Below, one piece after another: positions 19,575 to 28,983 of a stretch of DNA of 64,000 nucleotides (within the stretch, counting starts at the first letter, position 1; the number at the start of each line of letters is the position of its first letter). This DNA comes from an uncultured bacterium. Lineage in GTDB: Bacteria > Actinomycetota > Acidimicrobiia > Spongiisociales > UBA5794. The translations under genes and the position numbers were made by a program. A model generated the notes under the pieces. The model was not told the DNA's origin. It saw only the letters and a list, made by a program, of their open reading frames with translations, and searched no databases. The DNA is taken from contig CAWDDT010000004.1 of assembly GCA_963801165.1 (NCBI GenBank), positions 352,001 to 416,000 of the forward strand, read 5' to 3'.

Positions 19575-21082
19575 GCGACGAAACCGAGATCCAGGAGCCA
19601 TCTCCCGAAGCGGGTCTGGCCGACCATCCACTGACCGCACAACGCCTGGCCAAGCACGAGGCCACCATGGCCGGGGCGGGCTATCCGTACCGGTTCGAGC
19701 GTACGCACACCGCCGGTGAGCTTCACGAGCGGTATGGCTCGATGGAGCCCGGCGTTGAGACCGGGGATCGTGTTGCTGTTGCCGGGCGGCTCATGGCGAT
19801 GCGGCGGATGGGCAAGCTGATATTCGGAGTGCTCCAGGACAAGACCGGCCGGATCCAACTGTTTGTAGATACCCGGACGCTCGGTGAGGAGGGCTTTGCA
19901 TGGTTCGACGACCTCGATCTGGGGGATTGGGTCGGTGCGTCGGGTGTCGTTATCACAACCAGGAAGGGCGAGATCAGCGTCCGTATCGACGGGTTCCAGC
20001 TTCTGTCCCGGGCGCTGCGGCCGCTGCCGGACAAGTGGCACGGTCTCCAGGACGTCGAGATGCGCAGCCGCCGCCGCTACATCGACCTCATGGTCAACGA
20101 GGACTCGCGTCGCGTCGCGGTAACGCGGGCGATGATCGTCAGCGAGCTGCGCCGCCAGTTCGAGTCTCGTGGCTACATCGAGGTGGAGACGCCCGTCTTG
20201 CTCAGCCAGGCGACCGGGGCGCTGGCGCGGCCGTTCGAGACGCATCACCATGCTCTCGACCAGGCCATGTATCTGCGCATCGCCACCGAGCTGTTCCTGA
20301 AGCGGCTGGTGGTCGGCGGGTTGGAGAGGGTGTTCGAAATCGGCCGCATCTTCCGCAACGAGGGCGTCGACGCCACCCACAATCCCGAGTTCACCATGCT
20401 CGAGTCGTACGAGGCGTTCGCCGACTATCACGACATCATGGACATGGTCGAGGAGATGGTCCGGGCGTGCGCCGTTGTCGCCACCGGCTCCAGCGAGATC
20501 ACCTATCAGGGGCGTTCCATCGACCTGGGTAAGCCGTTCCGGCGCGCCCGCATGGTCGACCTGGTGGCCGAGGCGACCGGTGAGGAGATCAGCTTCGATC
20601 GGCCCCTCGTGGAGATCCAGGCGATCGCAGCCAAGCACGGGGTAGAGCCCGACGGCACCTGGGGGCACGGCAAGATCATCGATGCCCTGTTCGAGGAACT
20701 CGTGGCCGACGACTTATGGGAGCCGACCTATGTTCTCGACCATCCCAAGGAGGTGTCGCCGTTGGCACGGGAGAACCGTAATGATCCGAATCTCACCGAG
20801 CGGTTCGAGTTGTTCATCGCCGGCGCCGAATACGCCAATGCCTTCTCCGAGTTGAATGATCCGCTCGATCAGCGCCGCCGTTTCGAGCAGCAGGCGCTGG
20901 CCCGGGCGGAGGGCGACGACGAGGCTCACCCCATCGACGAGGACTACATCCTCGCCCTGGAGTACGGGCTGCCACCGACCGGTGGCCTCGGGATCGGTGT
21001 CGACCGCCTGGTCATGCTCCTCACCGACCAGCACCACATCCGCGAAGTCATCCTCTTCCCGACGCTCCGCCGCGAGGGTTAG
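19571..21082 (+). CDS. lysS: Lysine--tRNA ligase (class II)
   Basis: OB-fold, FRNEG, HNPEFT.LE, YGLPPTGGLGIGVDR. Confidence 0.97.
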   Translation: MSDETEIQEPSPEAGLADHPLTAQRLAKHEATMAGAGYPYRFERTHTAGELHERYGSMEPGVETGDRVAVAGRLMAMRRMGKLIFGVLQDKTGRIQLFVDTRTLGEEGFAWFDDLDLGDWVGASGVVITTRKGEISVRIDGFQLLSRALRPLPDKWHGLQDVEMRSRRRYIDLMVNEDSRRVAVTRAMIVSELRRQFESRGYIEVETPVLLSQATGALARPFETHHHALDQAMYLRIATELFLKRLVVGGLERVFEIGRIFRNEGVDATHNPEFTMLESYEAFADYHDIMDMVEEMVRACAVVATGSSEITYQGRSIDLGKPFRRARMVDLVAEATGEEISFDRPLVEIQAIAAKHGVEPDGTWGHGKIIDALFEELVADDLWEPTYVLDHPKEVSPLARENRNDPNLTERFELFIAGAEYANAFSELNDPLDQRRRFEQQALARAEGDDEAHPIDEDYILALEYGLPPTGGLGIGVDRLVMLLTDQHHIREVILFPTLRREG

Positions 21083-21294
21083 GGCTTCCGGGCGGCGCCG
21101 TGCGCCCAGGACACTAGAGAGGTCTGTTCTCTGGTCGTCACATGGCCATGAGTTGACCGCTGTGCCTCGGATGTCTGGTTCCCGGAGGGTCCCCCGGGCA
21201 GCTGCACGTGCTTCCGGAACCCAATTCCCGCGCCGACGCGTCGGGCATTGCCGTTTCCTGGCGGGTAGCCTTGCTACAACGTGGAAAGGGTGCG

Positions 21295-23226
21295 ATGACC
21301 GTCACAGCGCCATACGGATCGTGGGAGTCCCCGATCACGATTGCGATGCTAAGCGGGGCGGGGGTGCCGCTGCGTGAGGTGACCGTTGACGGGCCGGATC
21401 TGTATTGGATCGAGTCCCGGGCGGTCGAGGGCGGTCGGCAAGCGATCGTGCGCCGCGACGGTCGTGGTGTCGTTGCTGATGTCGTCCCCCCGACGTTCAA
21501 CGCCAGAACCCGCGTCCACGAGTACGGCGGCGGTGCCTATGCCGTATCCGACGGCGTTCTCATCGCCAGCAACTTCGCCGACCAGCGTGTCTACCGCATT
21601 GCCGACGGAGAGGCTGCGCCGATCACACCCGAGCCGAAGATCGCCGCCGGCGACCGCTACGCCGACTTCGTGTTTGCCGGTGACCGGGTGATATGTGTCC
21701 GCGAGCGACACCACGCCAATCGGGAAGCGACCAACACCCTCGTCACGTTTCCGATCGACGGGTCCGACAGGCCACGAGTGATCGCCAAGGGTCACGATTT
21801 CTATTCCTCGCCGCGGATCAGCCCCGACGGCACCGCTCTAGCGTGGCTCTCGTGGGACCATCCCAACATGCCATGGGACGGCACGGAGCTGTGGTGTGCC
21901 GCACTCGGCGGTGACGGCACGATTTCGGAGCCGGAGCTGGTCGCCGGTGGCCCCGATGATTCGATCTTCCAGCCGGAGTGGTCTCCGTCGGGGATCCTGC
22001 ACTTCGTCTCCGACCGCACGGGCTGGTGGAACCTGTTCCGCTACCACGACGGCCGTTCGGAGGCGCTCCACCTCATGGAAGCGGAGTTCGGGGTACCACA
22101 GTGGGGCTTTGCCATGCGGCGGTACGGCTTCGTTCTCGACGGCGGCATTGTTGCGATCTACACCGAGGATGGGCTCGACCGGGTTGGGCTCTTCGATGGG
22201 GATACCCTGAGCCCGCTGCTCACGCCCTTTGACACGTTCGGATCGTCGCTGGCGACGTGTGGCGACGATCTGTACGTCACCGCGGGTGGCGCATCCGAGC
22301 CTATGGCGATCGTGCGGATCGATGTCGCCACCGCGGCGGTCAAAGTGATTAAGAAGAGCCTCGAGGTCAACCTCGATCCAGCCATCATCAGCCACCCGGA
22401 GCCGATCGAATTCGAGACCGGCGGCGATCAGATCGCCCATGCCTTCTACTACCCGCCTCGCCACCCCAACTATGCGGCCGGGGACGGAGAGAAGCCGCCG
22501 CTGTTGGTGATCAGCCACGGCGGTCCCACTGCTGTCGCCCATTCTCATCTCGACCTCGGTATCCAGTTCTGGACATCGCGCGGGTTCGCGGTGGTCGACG
22601 TGAACTACCGCGGCTCGTCCGGCTATGGACGGGCGTATCGCAATGCGTTGCGTGGGCAGTGGGGGGTCGTCGATCTCGAGGACTGCGTGAATGCCGCGCT
22701 ATGCCTGGCCGGCCAGGGTCATGTAGATGTCGAGCGGTTGGCGATTCGGGGCGGCAGTGCCGGCGGTTACACCACGCTATGTGCGCTGGCGTTCTCCGAC
22801 GTGTTCGCCGCGGGCGCGTCCTACTTCGGAATCGGGGATCTCGCTGCCCTTGTCGCCGATACCCACAAGTTCGAGTCCCGGTACGAGAGCAGCCTGATCG
22901 GCCCGTACCCGGAGGATGCCGATCTCTACCAGGCGCGTTCGCCGCAATACCACGTCGACGGATTCTCATGTCCGGTGATCCTGCTCCAGGGGCTGGACGA
23001 CGAGGTCGTCCCGCCTGCTCAGGCAGAGGAGATCGTCGCCGCCCTCGACGCCAAGGGTATCCCGCACGCCTATCTAGCCTTCCCGGGCGAGGGGCACGGC
23101 TTCCGGAGGGCGGAGAACATCGAGCGGGCCCGGGCCGCTGAGCTGTATTTCTACTCGCGCGTATTCGACATCGATCCCGCCGACGATCTCGAGCCGGTCG
23201 AGATCGCTCACGAGGACGCTCTGTAG
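21295..23226 (+). CDS. S9 family (prolyl oligo/acylaminoacyl) peptidase
   Basis: APYGSWESPI, HGGP, GGSAGG nucleophile, D..VPP, EGHGF. Confidence 0.93.
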   Translation: MTVTAPYGSWESPITIAMLSGAGVPLREVTVDGPDLYWIESRAVEGGRQAIVRRDGRGVVADVVPPTFNARTRVHEYGGGAYAVSDGVLIASNFADQRVYRIADGEAAPITPEPKIAAGDRYADFVFAGDRVICVRERHHANREATNTLVTFPIDGSDRPRVIAKGHDFYSSPRISPDGTALAWLSWDHPNMPWDGTELWCAALGGDGTISEPELVAGGPDDSIFQPEWSPSGILHFVSDRTGWWNLFRYHDGRSEALHLMEAEFGVPQWGFAMRRYGFVLDGGIVAIYTEDGLDRVGLFDGDTLSPLLTPFDTFGSSLATCGDDLYVTAGGASEPMAIVRIDVATAAVKVIKKSLEVNLDPAIISHPEPIEFETGGDQIAHAFYYPPRHPNYAAGDGEKPPLLVISHGGPTAVAHSHLDLGIQFWTSRGFAVVDVNYRGSSGYGRAYRNALRGQWGVVDLEDCVNAALCLAGQGHVDVERLAIRGGSAGGYTTLCALAFSDVFAAGASYFGIGDLAALVADTHKFESRYESSLIGPYPEDADLYQARSPQYHVDGFSCPVILLQGLDDEVVPPAQAEEIVAALDAKGIPHAYLAFPGEGHGFRRAENIERARAAELYFYSRVFDIDPADDLEPVEIAHEDAL

Positions 23227-23262
23227 GTGCCGCGTCGCCGGTTCCGGTGGTACGTTGGCCGG

Positions 23263-26200
23263 ATGTACTTGCGCCGTATCTACCTGCTCCTGGCGGTCTT
23301 TGCCGTTCTGGCTGGTGCTTGCACGTCGGCGACGCATGAGACGACTTCCACCACGGCCGCGACATCTACCGCGGCCCCGACCACGACAACCGAGCCCCCC
23401 ACGGACAAGTTGAAGCTGGTCCTGATGTGGCACAATCACCAGCCGCTCTACCCGAAGGACGCCAACGGCGTCGTGACCCGCCCGTGGACCAGGGTGCACG
23501 CCACCAAGGACTACTACGACATGGCTGCGCTTGTGGCGCAGTACCCGGATCTGCACGTCACCTTCAACATGACCCCCGTGCTGATGTTGCAGCTTGAGGA
23601 ATTGGCCAACGGGACGAAGGACATCTACTGGACGACGACCGAGGTTCCTGCCGATCAGCTCACCGACGAGCAGAAGACCTTCATCCTCGACCGCTTCTTC
23701 GACACCAACTCCGAGATCATCGCCCGGTTCCCCAGGTACCAGGAGCTGAGCGATCGTCGCGATCGCCCGAGTAGCTTCTCGACGGCCGATCTGCGTGATC
23801 TCCAGGTGCTGTTCAACCTCGCCTGGACCGACCCGTCGTTCCTCGCCGAAGAGCCGCTCGCTTCACTCGTCGCCAGGGGGCGCGACTTCACGGAGGACGA
23901 CAAGGCGGTCGTGCTGGGGGAGCACGAGCGGATCATCAAGGGCGTCCTCCCGCTCTACTCGCAGTTGTGGGACAGCGGGCAGATCGAAGTCACCACATCA
24001 CCGCTGGCGCACCCGATTCTGCCGCTCATCGCTGATACTTCGCTTGCCACCGTCGGCGATCCGACCGCCATACTGCCGCAGAACCGGTTTCGGCAGCTAC
24101 CCGATGCCATAGCCCAGGTCGAGCAGGGTCTCGATGTGGCGGAACGGCTGCTGGGGAAACGACCGGTGGGGATGTGGCCGGGAGAGGGTGCCGTCGCCCA
24201 GCTGGTCATGAAGATCATCGAGGACGGCGGGGTGCAGTGGGTCGCCACCGGCGAGGACGTGCTGGCCAAGACCCTCGACATCGGTAGCTTCACCCGGGGT
24301 GAGAACGATCTCGTCCAAGAGGCGCCGACCCTCTATTCGATGTACAAGGCGCAGACGTCGGGAAACGGTGTCGCCATGTTCTTCCGCGACGTAGTCCTTG
24401 CGGATCGGATCGGTTTCGAATACTCGGGAACCGACGCCGATGTCGCCGCCGACGACTTCATGAGCCGGCTCTCCGACATCAACGACGCCCTCGACGGGGT
24501 CGAGGGACCCAAGGTGGTCACCGTTGTCGTTGACGGCGAGAACGCCTGGGAGAACTACCAGAACGACGGCATCGACTTCCTCAACGCCCTCTACAGCAGG
24601 CTCACTACCTCCGATTTCGTCGAGACGGTCACCCCGAGCGAGTTGCTCGCCGACTATCCAAATGACGTCACCCCGCTCCCCGACATCTTCCCGGCTTCGT
24701 GGTTCCAGCCGAACTTCGCAACCTGGATAGGTGAGGAGGAAGAGGCGGTCGCCTGGGACTACCTGTACAAGGTCCGCAACGACTTCGGGGTTGCCCAGCG
24801 CAGCGGCGAGTACGCCGACGACGTGATCGATCGGGCGTACCGGACGATGCTGTTTGCCGAGGGCTCGGACTGGTTCTGGTGGTACGGAGCGGACCAGGAC
24901 TCGGGCGACGACGGCTACTTCGACCGCGCCTACCGGCAGCTGCTGGGCCAGGTGTACGACATCCTGGGGATGGAGCGACCCGACTTCGTGTCGATCCCGA
25001 TCATCCCCGAGACGGCGGTCGATCCGGACAACGGAATCACCGGTCTGGTGACGATCCCGATCGACAACGAGGTGGACACGCCCGAGTGGGACCAGGGCGG
25101 CCACTACGACCTCGGCGGAGATCTCGTCGGCGCTGTCGACTACGCCTTCGATACCGGGAACTTGTACCTGCGGGTCGATTTTTCCCGGGAGGTGCTGGGC
25201 GACCACAACGCATCGTTTGACCTGTACCTCGACTTCCCGAATTCGAACCAGCAGTGGGGGCTGACCATGGGCGGCACGGTGCTCGGCTTCAATGCCACGA
25301 ACCTGCTGACCTGGAGCGGTCTCGATCCGGTGAACCTGACCGGGCCGGCCGTCTACAACAACCGTCACGAGGAAACGGATCTCGTGACCCCGGCCGGTTT
25401 CGATGGCCGGCGGATCGAGTTCGCCATGCCGCTCGAGTCATTGCCACCCATGGAGCCGGGGGACCGGATCACGTTCCGTGTCGTCGAAACGAGTGGCGGT
25501 CCCGACGGCTCGCTGCTGCCGGAGGCAGGTCCCGGCTACATACAGGTGCCCGATATCGCAAACGTCGACGTGCGCTTCGAGTCGACCGACCCGGTGGGTG
25601 ACGACCACGGGCCGGGCGACTACACGTATCCCACCGATGCCGTGTTCACTCCCGGCTCGTACGATCTCACCGACTTCACCGTCGGCGTGTCCGGCGAGGA
25701 CGCCGTGTTCACCTTCGACGTCAACGCCCCGATCGCCAACCCGTGGGGCAGCCCGGCGGGCTACTCGGTGCAGACGTTCGACCTCTACATCGACACCGAC
25801 CCGGGGGCGGGTACCGGCGCCCGGCTGCTGCTACCAGGCCGCAACGCCGCCCTAGAGGACAGCAACGGCTGGGAGTACGGGGTCACTCTCGAAGGATGGA
25901 ACCCGGCCATCTACGTGGCCTCCGCCGATGGGACCATCGAGGAGACCAACCCGACGTTCCGGGTGATCGCCGATGCCGAAGGCCGGCTCTCCGCCCGGAT
26001 CCCTTTGGAGCTGCTCGGTGGCGGCGACCCGTCGACCTGGGGCTATGCCGTGGCTCTGATGTCGCAGGAGGGCTACCCGTCCGCCGGCGTGCGCCGGGTG
26101 CGCGACATACGCGCAACGGCCGAGCAGTGGCAGGGTGGCGGCGCCCCTGACGACGCCAACCACACCCGGATCTTCGACCTGTTGTACCCCGACGAGGGCG

Positions 26201-26298
26201 TCCAGGAGCAGATGCTCAGCGACTACACGCCGGCCCAGTCGTTGGATGGGCTCACCCCCGACGACTATCCGCAGGTGCCGTTGATCACGGCGGGGTAG
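23263..26298 (+). CDS. Lipoprotein GH57 amylopullulanase with C-terminal glucodextranase/DOMON-like domain
   Basis: Lipobox LAGAC; WHNHQP, HPILPL, WPGEG, DGENAWE, AEGSDWFWW; DPVGDDHGPG.YTYPT. Confidence 0.9.
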   Translation: MYLRRIYLLLAVFAVLAGACTSATHETTSTTAATSTAAPTTTTEPPTDKLKLVLMWHNHQPLYPKDANGVVTRPWTRVHATKDYYDMAALVAQYPDLHVTFNMTPVLMLQLEELANGTKDIYWTTTEVPADQLTDEQKTFILDRFFDTNSEIIARFPRYQELSDRRDRPSSFSTADLRDLQVLFNLAWTDPSFLAEEPLASLVARGRDFTEDDKAVVLGEHERIIKGVLPLYSQLWDSGQIEVTTSPLAHPILPLIADTSLATVGDPTAILPQNRFRQLPDAIAQVEQGLDVAERLLGKRPVGMWPGEGAVAQLVMKIIEDGGVQWVATGEDVLAKTLDIGSFTRGENDLVQEAPTLYSMYKAQTSGNGVAMFFRDVVLADRIGFEYSGTDADVAADDFMSRLSDINDALDGVEGPKVVTVVVDGENAWENYQNDGIDFLNALYSRLTTSDFVETVTPSELLADYPNDVTPLPDIFPASWFQPNFATWIGEEEEAVAWDYLYKVRNDFGVAQRSGEYADDVIDRAYRTMLFAEGSDWFWWYGADQDSGDDGYFDRAYRQLLGQVYDILGMERPDFVSIPIIPETAVDPDNGITGLVTIPIDNEVDTPEWDQGGHYDLGGDLVGAVDYAFDTGNLYLRVDFSREVLGDHNASFDLYLDFPNSNQQWGLTMGGTVLGFNATNLLTWSGLDPVNLTGPAVYNNRHEETDLVTPAGFDGRRIEFAMPLESLPPMEPGDRITFRVVETSGGPDGSLLPEAGPGYIQVPDIANVDVRFESTDPVGDDHGPGDYTYPTDAVFTPGSYDLTDFTVGVSGEDAVFTFDVNAPIANPWGSPAGYSVQTFDLYIDTDPGAGTGARLLLPGRNAALEDSNGWEYGVTLEGWNPAIYVASADGTIEETNPTFRVIADAEGRLSARIPLELLGGGDPSTWGYAVALMSQEGYPSAGVRRVRDIRATAEQWQGGGAPDDANHTRIFDLLYPDEGVQEQMLSDYTPAQSLDGLTPDDYPQVPLITAG

Positions 26299-26305
26299 AG
26301 GGTTT

Positions 26306-26355
26306 CCCTCTCCCTCTGGGAGAGGATGCCGAGCGCAGCGAAGGCAGGTGAGGGC
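26306..26355. repeat. REP-like palindromic intergenic element
   Basis: ccctctccc-tct-gggagagg followed by gccgagcgcagcgaaggcaggtgaggg, between convergent genes. Confidence 0.55.
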
Positions 26356-26430
26356 CTTGCGAACCGGCAGAGACCATGGATCGAGGCTCTGGCTACAGAT
26401 CGGTTCGTGGGGCAGCGGGTTCCTCGACCG

Positions 26431-26844
26431 CTAGCGGTGCTGGCAGATGAAGCCGACGGTGGTTGCGTCTCCAGCGCCAACGAAAACAATGGTCGATCCG
26501 CACGAGAGCCCTGACGATGACTCGGTGGCCGAGACCAGATAGGAGCCGGGGTCCAGACTGGCGGAGTATGACCCTGTGGTGTCAATTGCCTGCAACGGTC
26601 GCGCGGCGATGCCGGTGGTAGTAGTGCTATCGGTGATTGGCCAGATCAGTATCTGTCCTGTCAAAGGTTGATCCGGTGTCCCGGCGCGGCCACCGGTTGC
26701 GATCAGCGTGCCCGCGATCGCGGACTGGCCCTGGGCGAGCGTCGTCGCCGGCCCAGTCGAGTCGGATGGCGACTCCGCCGACGTGCATTGCGACGTCATC
26801 AGGGCGACGGCCATTGCCAAAGCGAGAAGACCCAGCTTGATCAT
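26431..26844 (-). CDS. Hypothetical secreted/lipoprotein
   Basis: Hydrophobic N-terminal signal with Cys, followed by a small beta-rich domain. Confidence 0.55.
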   Translation of the reverse strand: MIKLGLLALAMAVALMTSQCTSAESPSDSTGPATTLAQGQSAIAGTLIATGGRAGTPDQPLTGQILIWPITDSTTTTGIAARPLQAIDTTGSYSASLDPGSYLVSATESSSGLSCGSTIVFVGAGDATTVGFICQHR

Positions 26845-26916
26845 GTAGCTCTGACGCTGGCGAAGTCCGGGGAGTTCCCGAGGTGCATTTCCAGCTACAG
26901 CGACGCGCCGAGCGAG

Positions 26917-27378
26917 CTACGAGTCCTTCGCGTATGCCTTGGCGACGTCCGAGAGTGCCTTGCGGGTTGCCCACCGCAGGAGACGATTCCCTCCCAGGGC
27001 TACGACCGCGAGGTTGATGCGTCCGCGAAGATTCGCCGCGGTCCGATCCCACCTAACGGCCACACGGCTGTCACCCGTCCCGTTCGGGGTGATGTCCATC
27101 GAAATGTGACTACCGGGTCTGCAGAAGTTCGACTCGACTGCGGTCCAGGTGATAGTCGTTGGGTGTGACCAGTCGTAGTGCTCGCGCGACCAGACCCTTG
27201 GGAGTGGGCTGCCCTCTGTGATCTCTGCGCGTGTCTCGTCAACCCAGTGCACCTGGTACGTCTTTGGGTCGAGTTGCGGCCACAGCTCCGGCCGCCGGTC
27301 GCTGAAATCGAGGAGTGCCCGCCGGATCAGTTCCGGTGCGACGTTGGACTCGACATCCACCTCGAGTGTCACCCGCAC
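26917..27378 (-). CDS. SRPBCC/polyketide-cyclase-like protein
   Basis: ALLDFSDRRPELWP.LD, WSREHYDW, ESNFC.PGS pattern; GGAGG RBS. Confidence 0.7.
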   Translation of the reverse strand: MRVTLEVDVESNVAPELIRRALLDFSDRRPELWPQLDPKTYQVHWVDETRAEITEGSPLPRVWSREHYDWSHPTTITWTAVESNFCRPGSHISMDITPNGTGDSRVAVRWDRTAANLRGRINLAVVALGGNRLLRWATRKALSDVAKAYAKDS

Positions 27379-27520
27379 AGATCCTCCAGCAAACCGACCA
27401 TGCGCAACTGACCCTACCCGAGCCGGATGAGCTGAGTGAGGTCATCAGCGCCCGTGCCGTCTTGCCGTCATTTGTTTCCAGGTTGAGGTTGTGGCGTAGC
27501 TGGGTCGGCCCTCGAGTTCT

Positions 27521-27557
27521 TGTCGGTGGCCTCCGGTATGATCGAACGTATGTTCGT
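27521..27557 (+). promoter_or_regulatory. RecA-NDp (PafBC-type) promoter plus LexA SOS box
   Basis: TGTCGG-N10-TATGAT (27521-27542), then TCGAAC-GTAT-GTTCGT (27542-27557) overlapping ATG 27550. Confidence 0.75.
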
Positions 27558-28872
27558 TTCTATTTCTGAGAATCCGGAGGAGATCACGCCTGGGGCCGGG
27601 TTGGCTCGGGTGTTGGAGTTGTTGGATTATGAACATGTTTCTCCGTTTGATTTGGTGCGGGTCCTCAAAGCGCAGCAACGGCAGGTGGCTCATTATCAGG
27701 CTGCGTCGTGTTGGTCGATGGATCGTCTTGTGTCTGTCTATCAACACTCCGATAGGGGCGACGATCCGAAGGATTTGGAGTGGGGGGTTGAGGGTGCCGC
27801 GGCAGAGATCGGTGCTGCGCTCTCTTTGACCCGTGCTTCGGCCGTATACGAGACTGGTTTGGCGTTGGATTTGTGTCGTCGTCTGCCCCGGGTGTGGCTC
27901 GACTTGTGTCTCGGGAAGTTGGATATGCGTCGTGCCCGGGTGTTGGTGGATGAAACGTTGAATGTCACTGAAACTATTGCCCGCAATGTGGTTGACAGCG
28001 TGTTGGTTGATGCTCCGGGGTTGACTACCGGCCAGTTGCGCCATCGTCTCCGCAAATTGTGTATCGATGCCGATCCGGGTGCTGCAGTTTGTGATTTTGG
28101 CAGGTCGATCCTGAATCGTAGGTTGGTTGTTGAGGCGAACCCGTCTGGTACCGCCAACATCCTCGGTTTGGATGTTGCCCCGCATGTGGCGGCATCGATT
28201 TCGAGGTGGATCCACAAACAAGCAATCAAGCTCAAGGATCTGGGTGATATCAGGACGATGGACCAGTTGCGTGCCGATATCGCCACCGACCTGCTGCGTC
28301 GCCGCTACCGGGCGGGGAAGGTGACCAGGGCTGACTTTGGGAACCTCGATATCAAAATGACCGCAGAGACGTTGACCGGTGTTAGTGACGAGTCGGCCGA
28401 ACTGGGCGGGTACGGGCCGGTTATCGCTGATGTTGCCCGGCAGGTGGCAGACCATCAGGAACATGTGGAACGGCGTTGGATGCTGATCGATCCGGACACG
28501 AAACAGGCCATCGACGGTGGTATCTGTCGGCGTAAACCGACCGTGTCGCACCGACGCCGGACCGAACTGTTACATCCGACCTGTATCCATCCCGGATGCA
28601 GGATGCCGTCGGTTGACTGTGACATAGACCATCGCATCCCATGGTCACAACGACTTATCACCTGCAGCTGCGACGTCGGCCCAATTTGCCGACACCACCA
28701 CGTCATCCGCCACACCTACGGTTGGAGCTACCAACTGGTATATGCGGCAGAGTTTGGCGGAGCCAAACTCCAACCCCACCGAAGGTGGGGCGGCGACTTC
28801 ATATTCACCACCCCCCTCGGCCACCAATACCGAACCAGCGGCAAACCCCTCACCACCGCCCGCGGGCCATAG
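27550..28872 (+). CDS. DUF222 (13E12 repeat family) HNH endonuclease-domain protein
   Basis: AAAEIGAAL.LT, RT.DQLRAD, GYGPV, C.HPGC....CDIDH, LC/IC RHHH motifs. Confidence 0.88.
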   Translation: MFVSISENPEEITPGAGLARVLELLDYEHVSPFDLVRVLKAQQRQVAHYQAASCWSMDRLVSVYQHSDRGDDPKDLEWGVEGAAAEIGAALSLTRASAVYETGLALDLCRRLPRVWLDLCLGKLDMRRARVLVDETLNVTETIARNVVDSVLVDAPGLTTGQLRHRLRKLCIDADPGAAVCDFGRSILNRRLVVEANPSGTANILGLDVAPHVAASISRWIHKQAIKLKDLGDIRTMDQLRADIATDLLRRRYRAGKVTRADFGNLDIKMTAETLTGVSDESAELGGYGPVIADVARQVADHQEHVERRWMLIDPDTKQAIDGGICRRKPTVSHRRRTELLHPTCIHPGCRMPSVDCDIDHRIPWSQRLITCSCDVGPICRHHHVIRHTYGWSYQLVYAAEFGGAKLQPHRRWGGDFIFTTPLGHQYRTSGKPLTTARGP

Positions 28873-28983
28873 CCCCCGCTCCCGGGTCGGCTGCGGCTTT
28901 GCTGTGCCCGACGCTGGCTCACCTCCGAGATCGCTGCCGGGAAGGGACCGGTTGCTACCGTTTGTCGCGATGAGGGCTGAACG

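Noticed and set aside
27410-28947. Terminal inverted repeats flanking the DUF222 gene
   Set aside because: Only patchy, gapped similarity, not distinguishable from chance by eye
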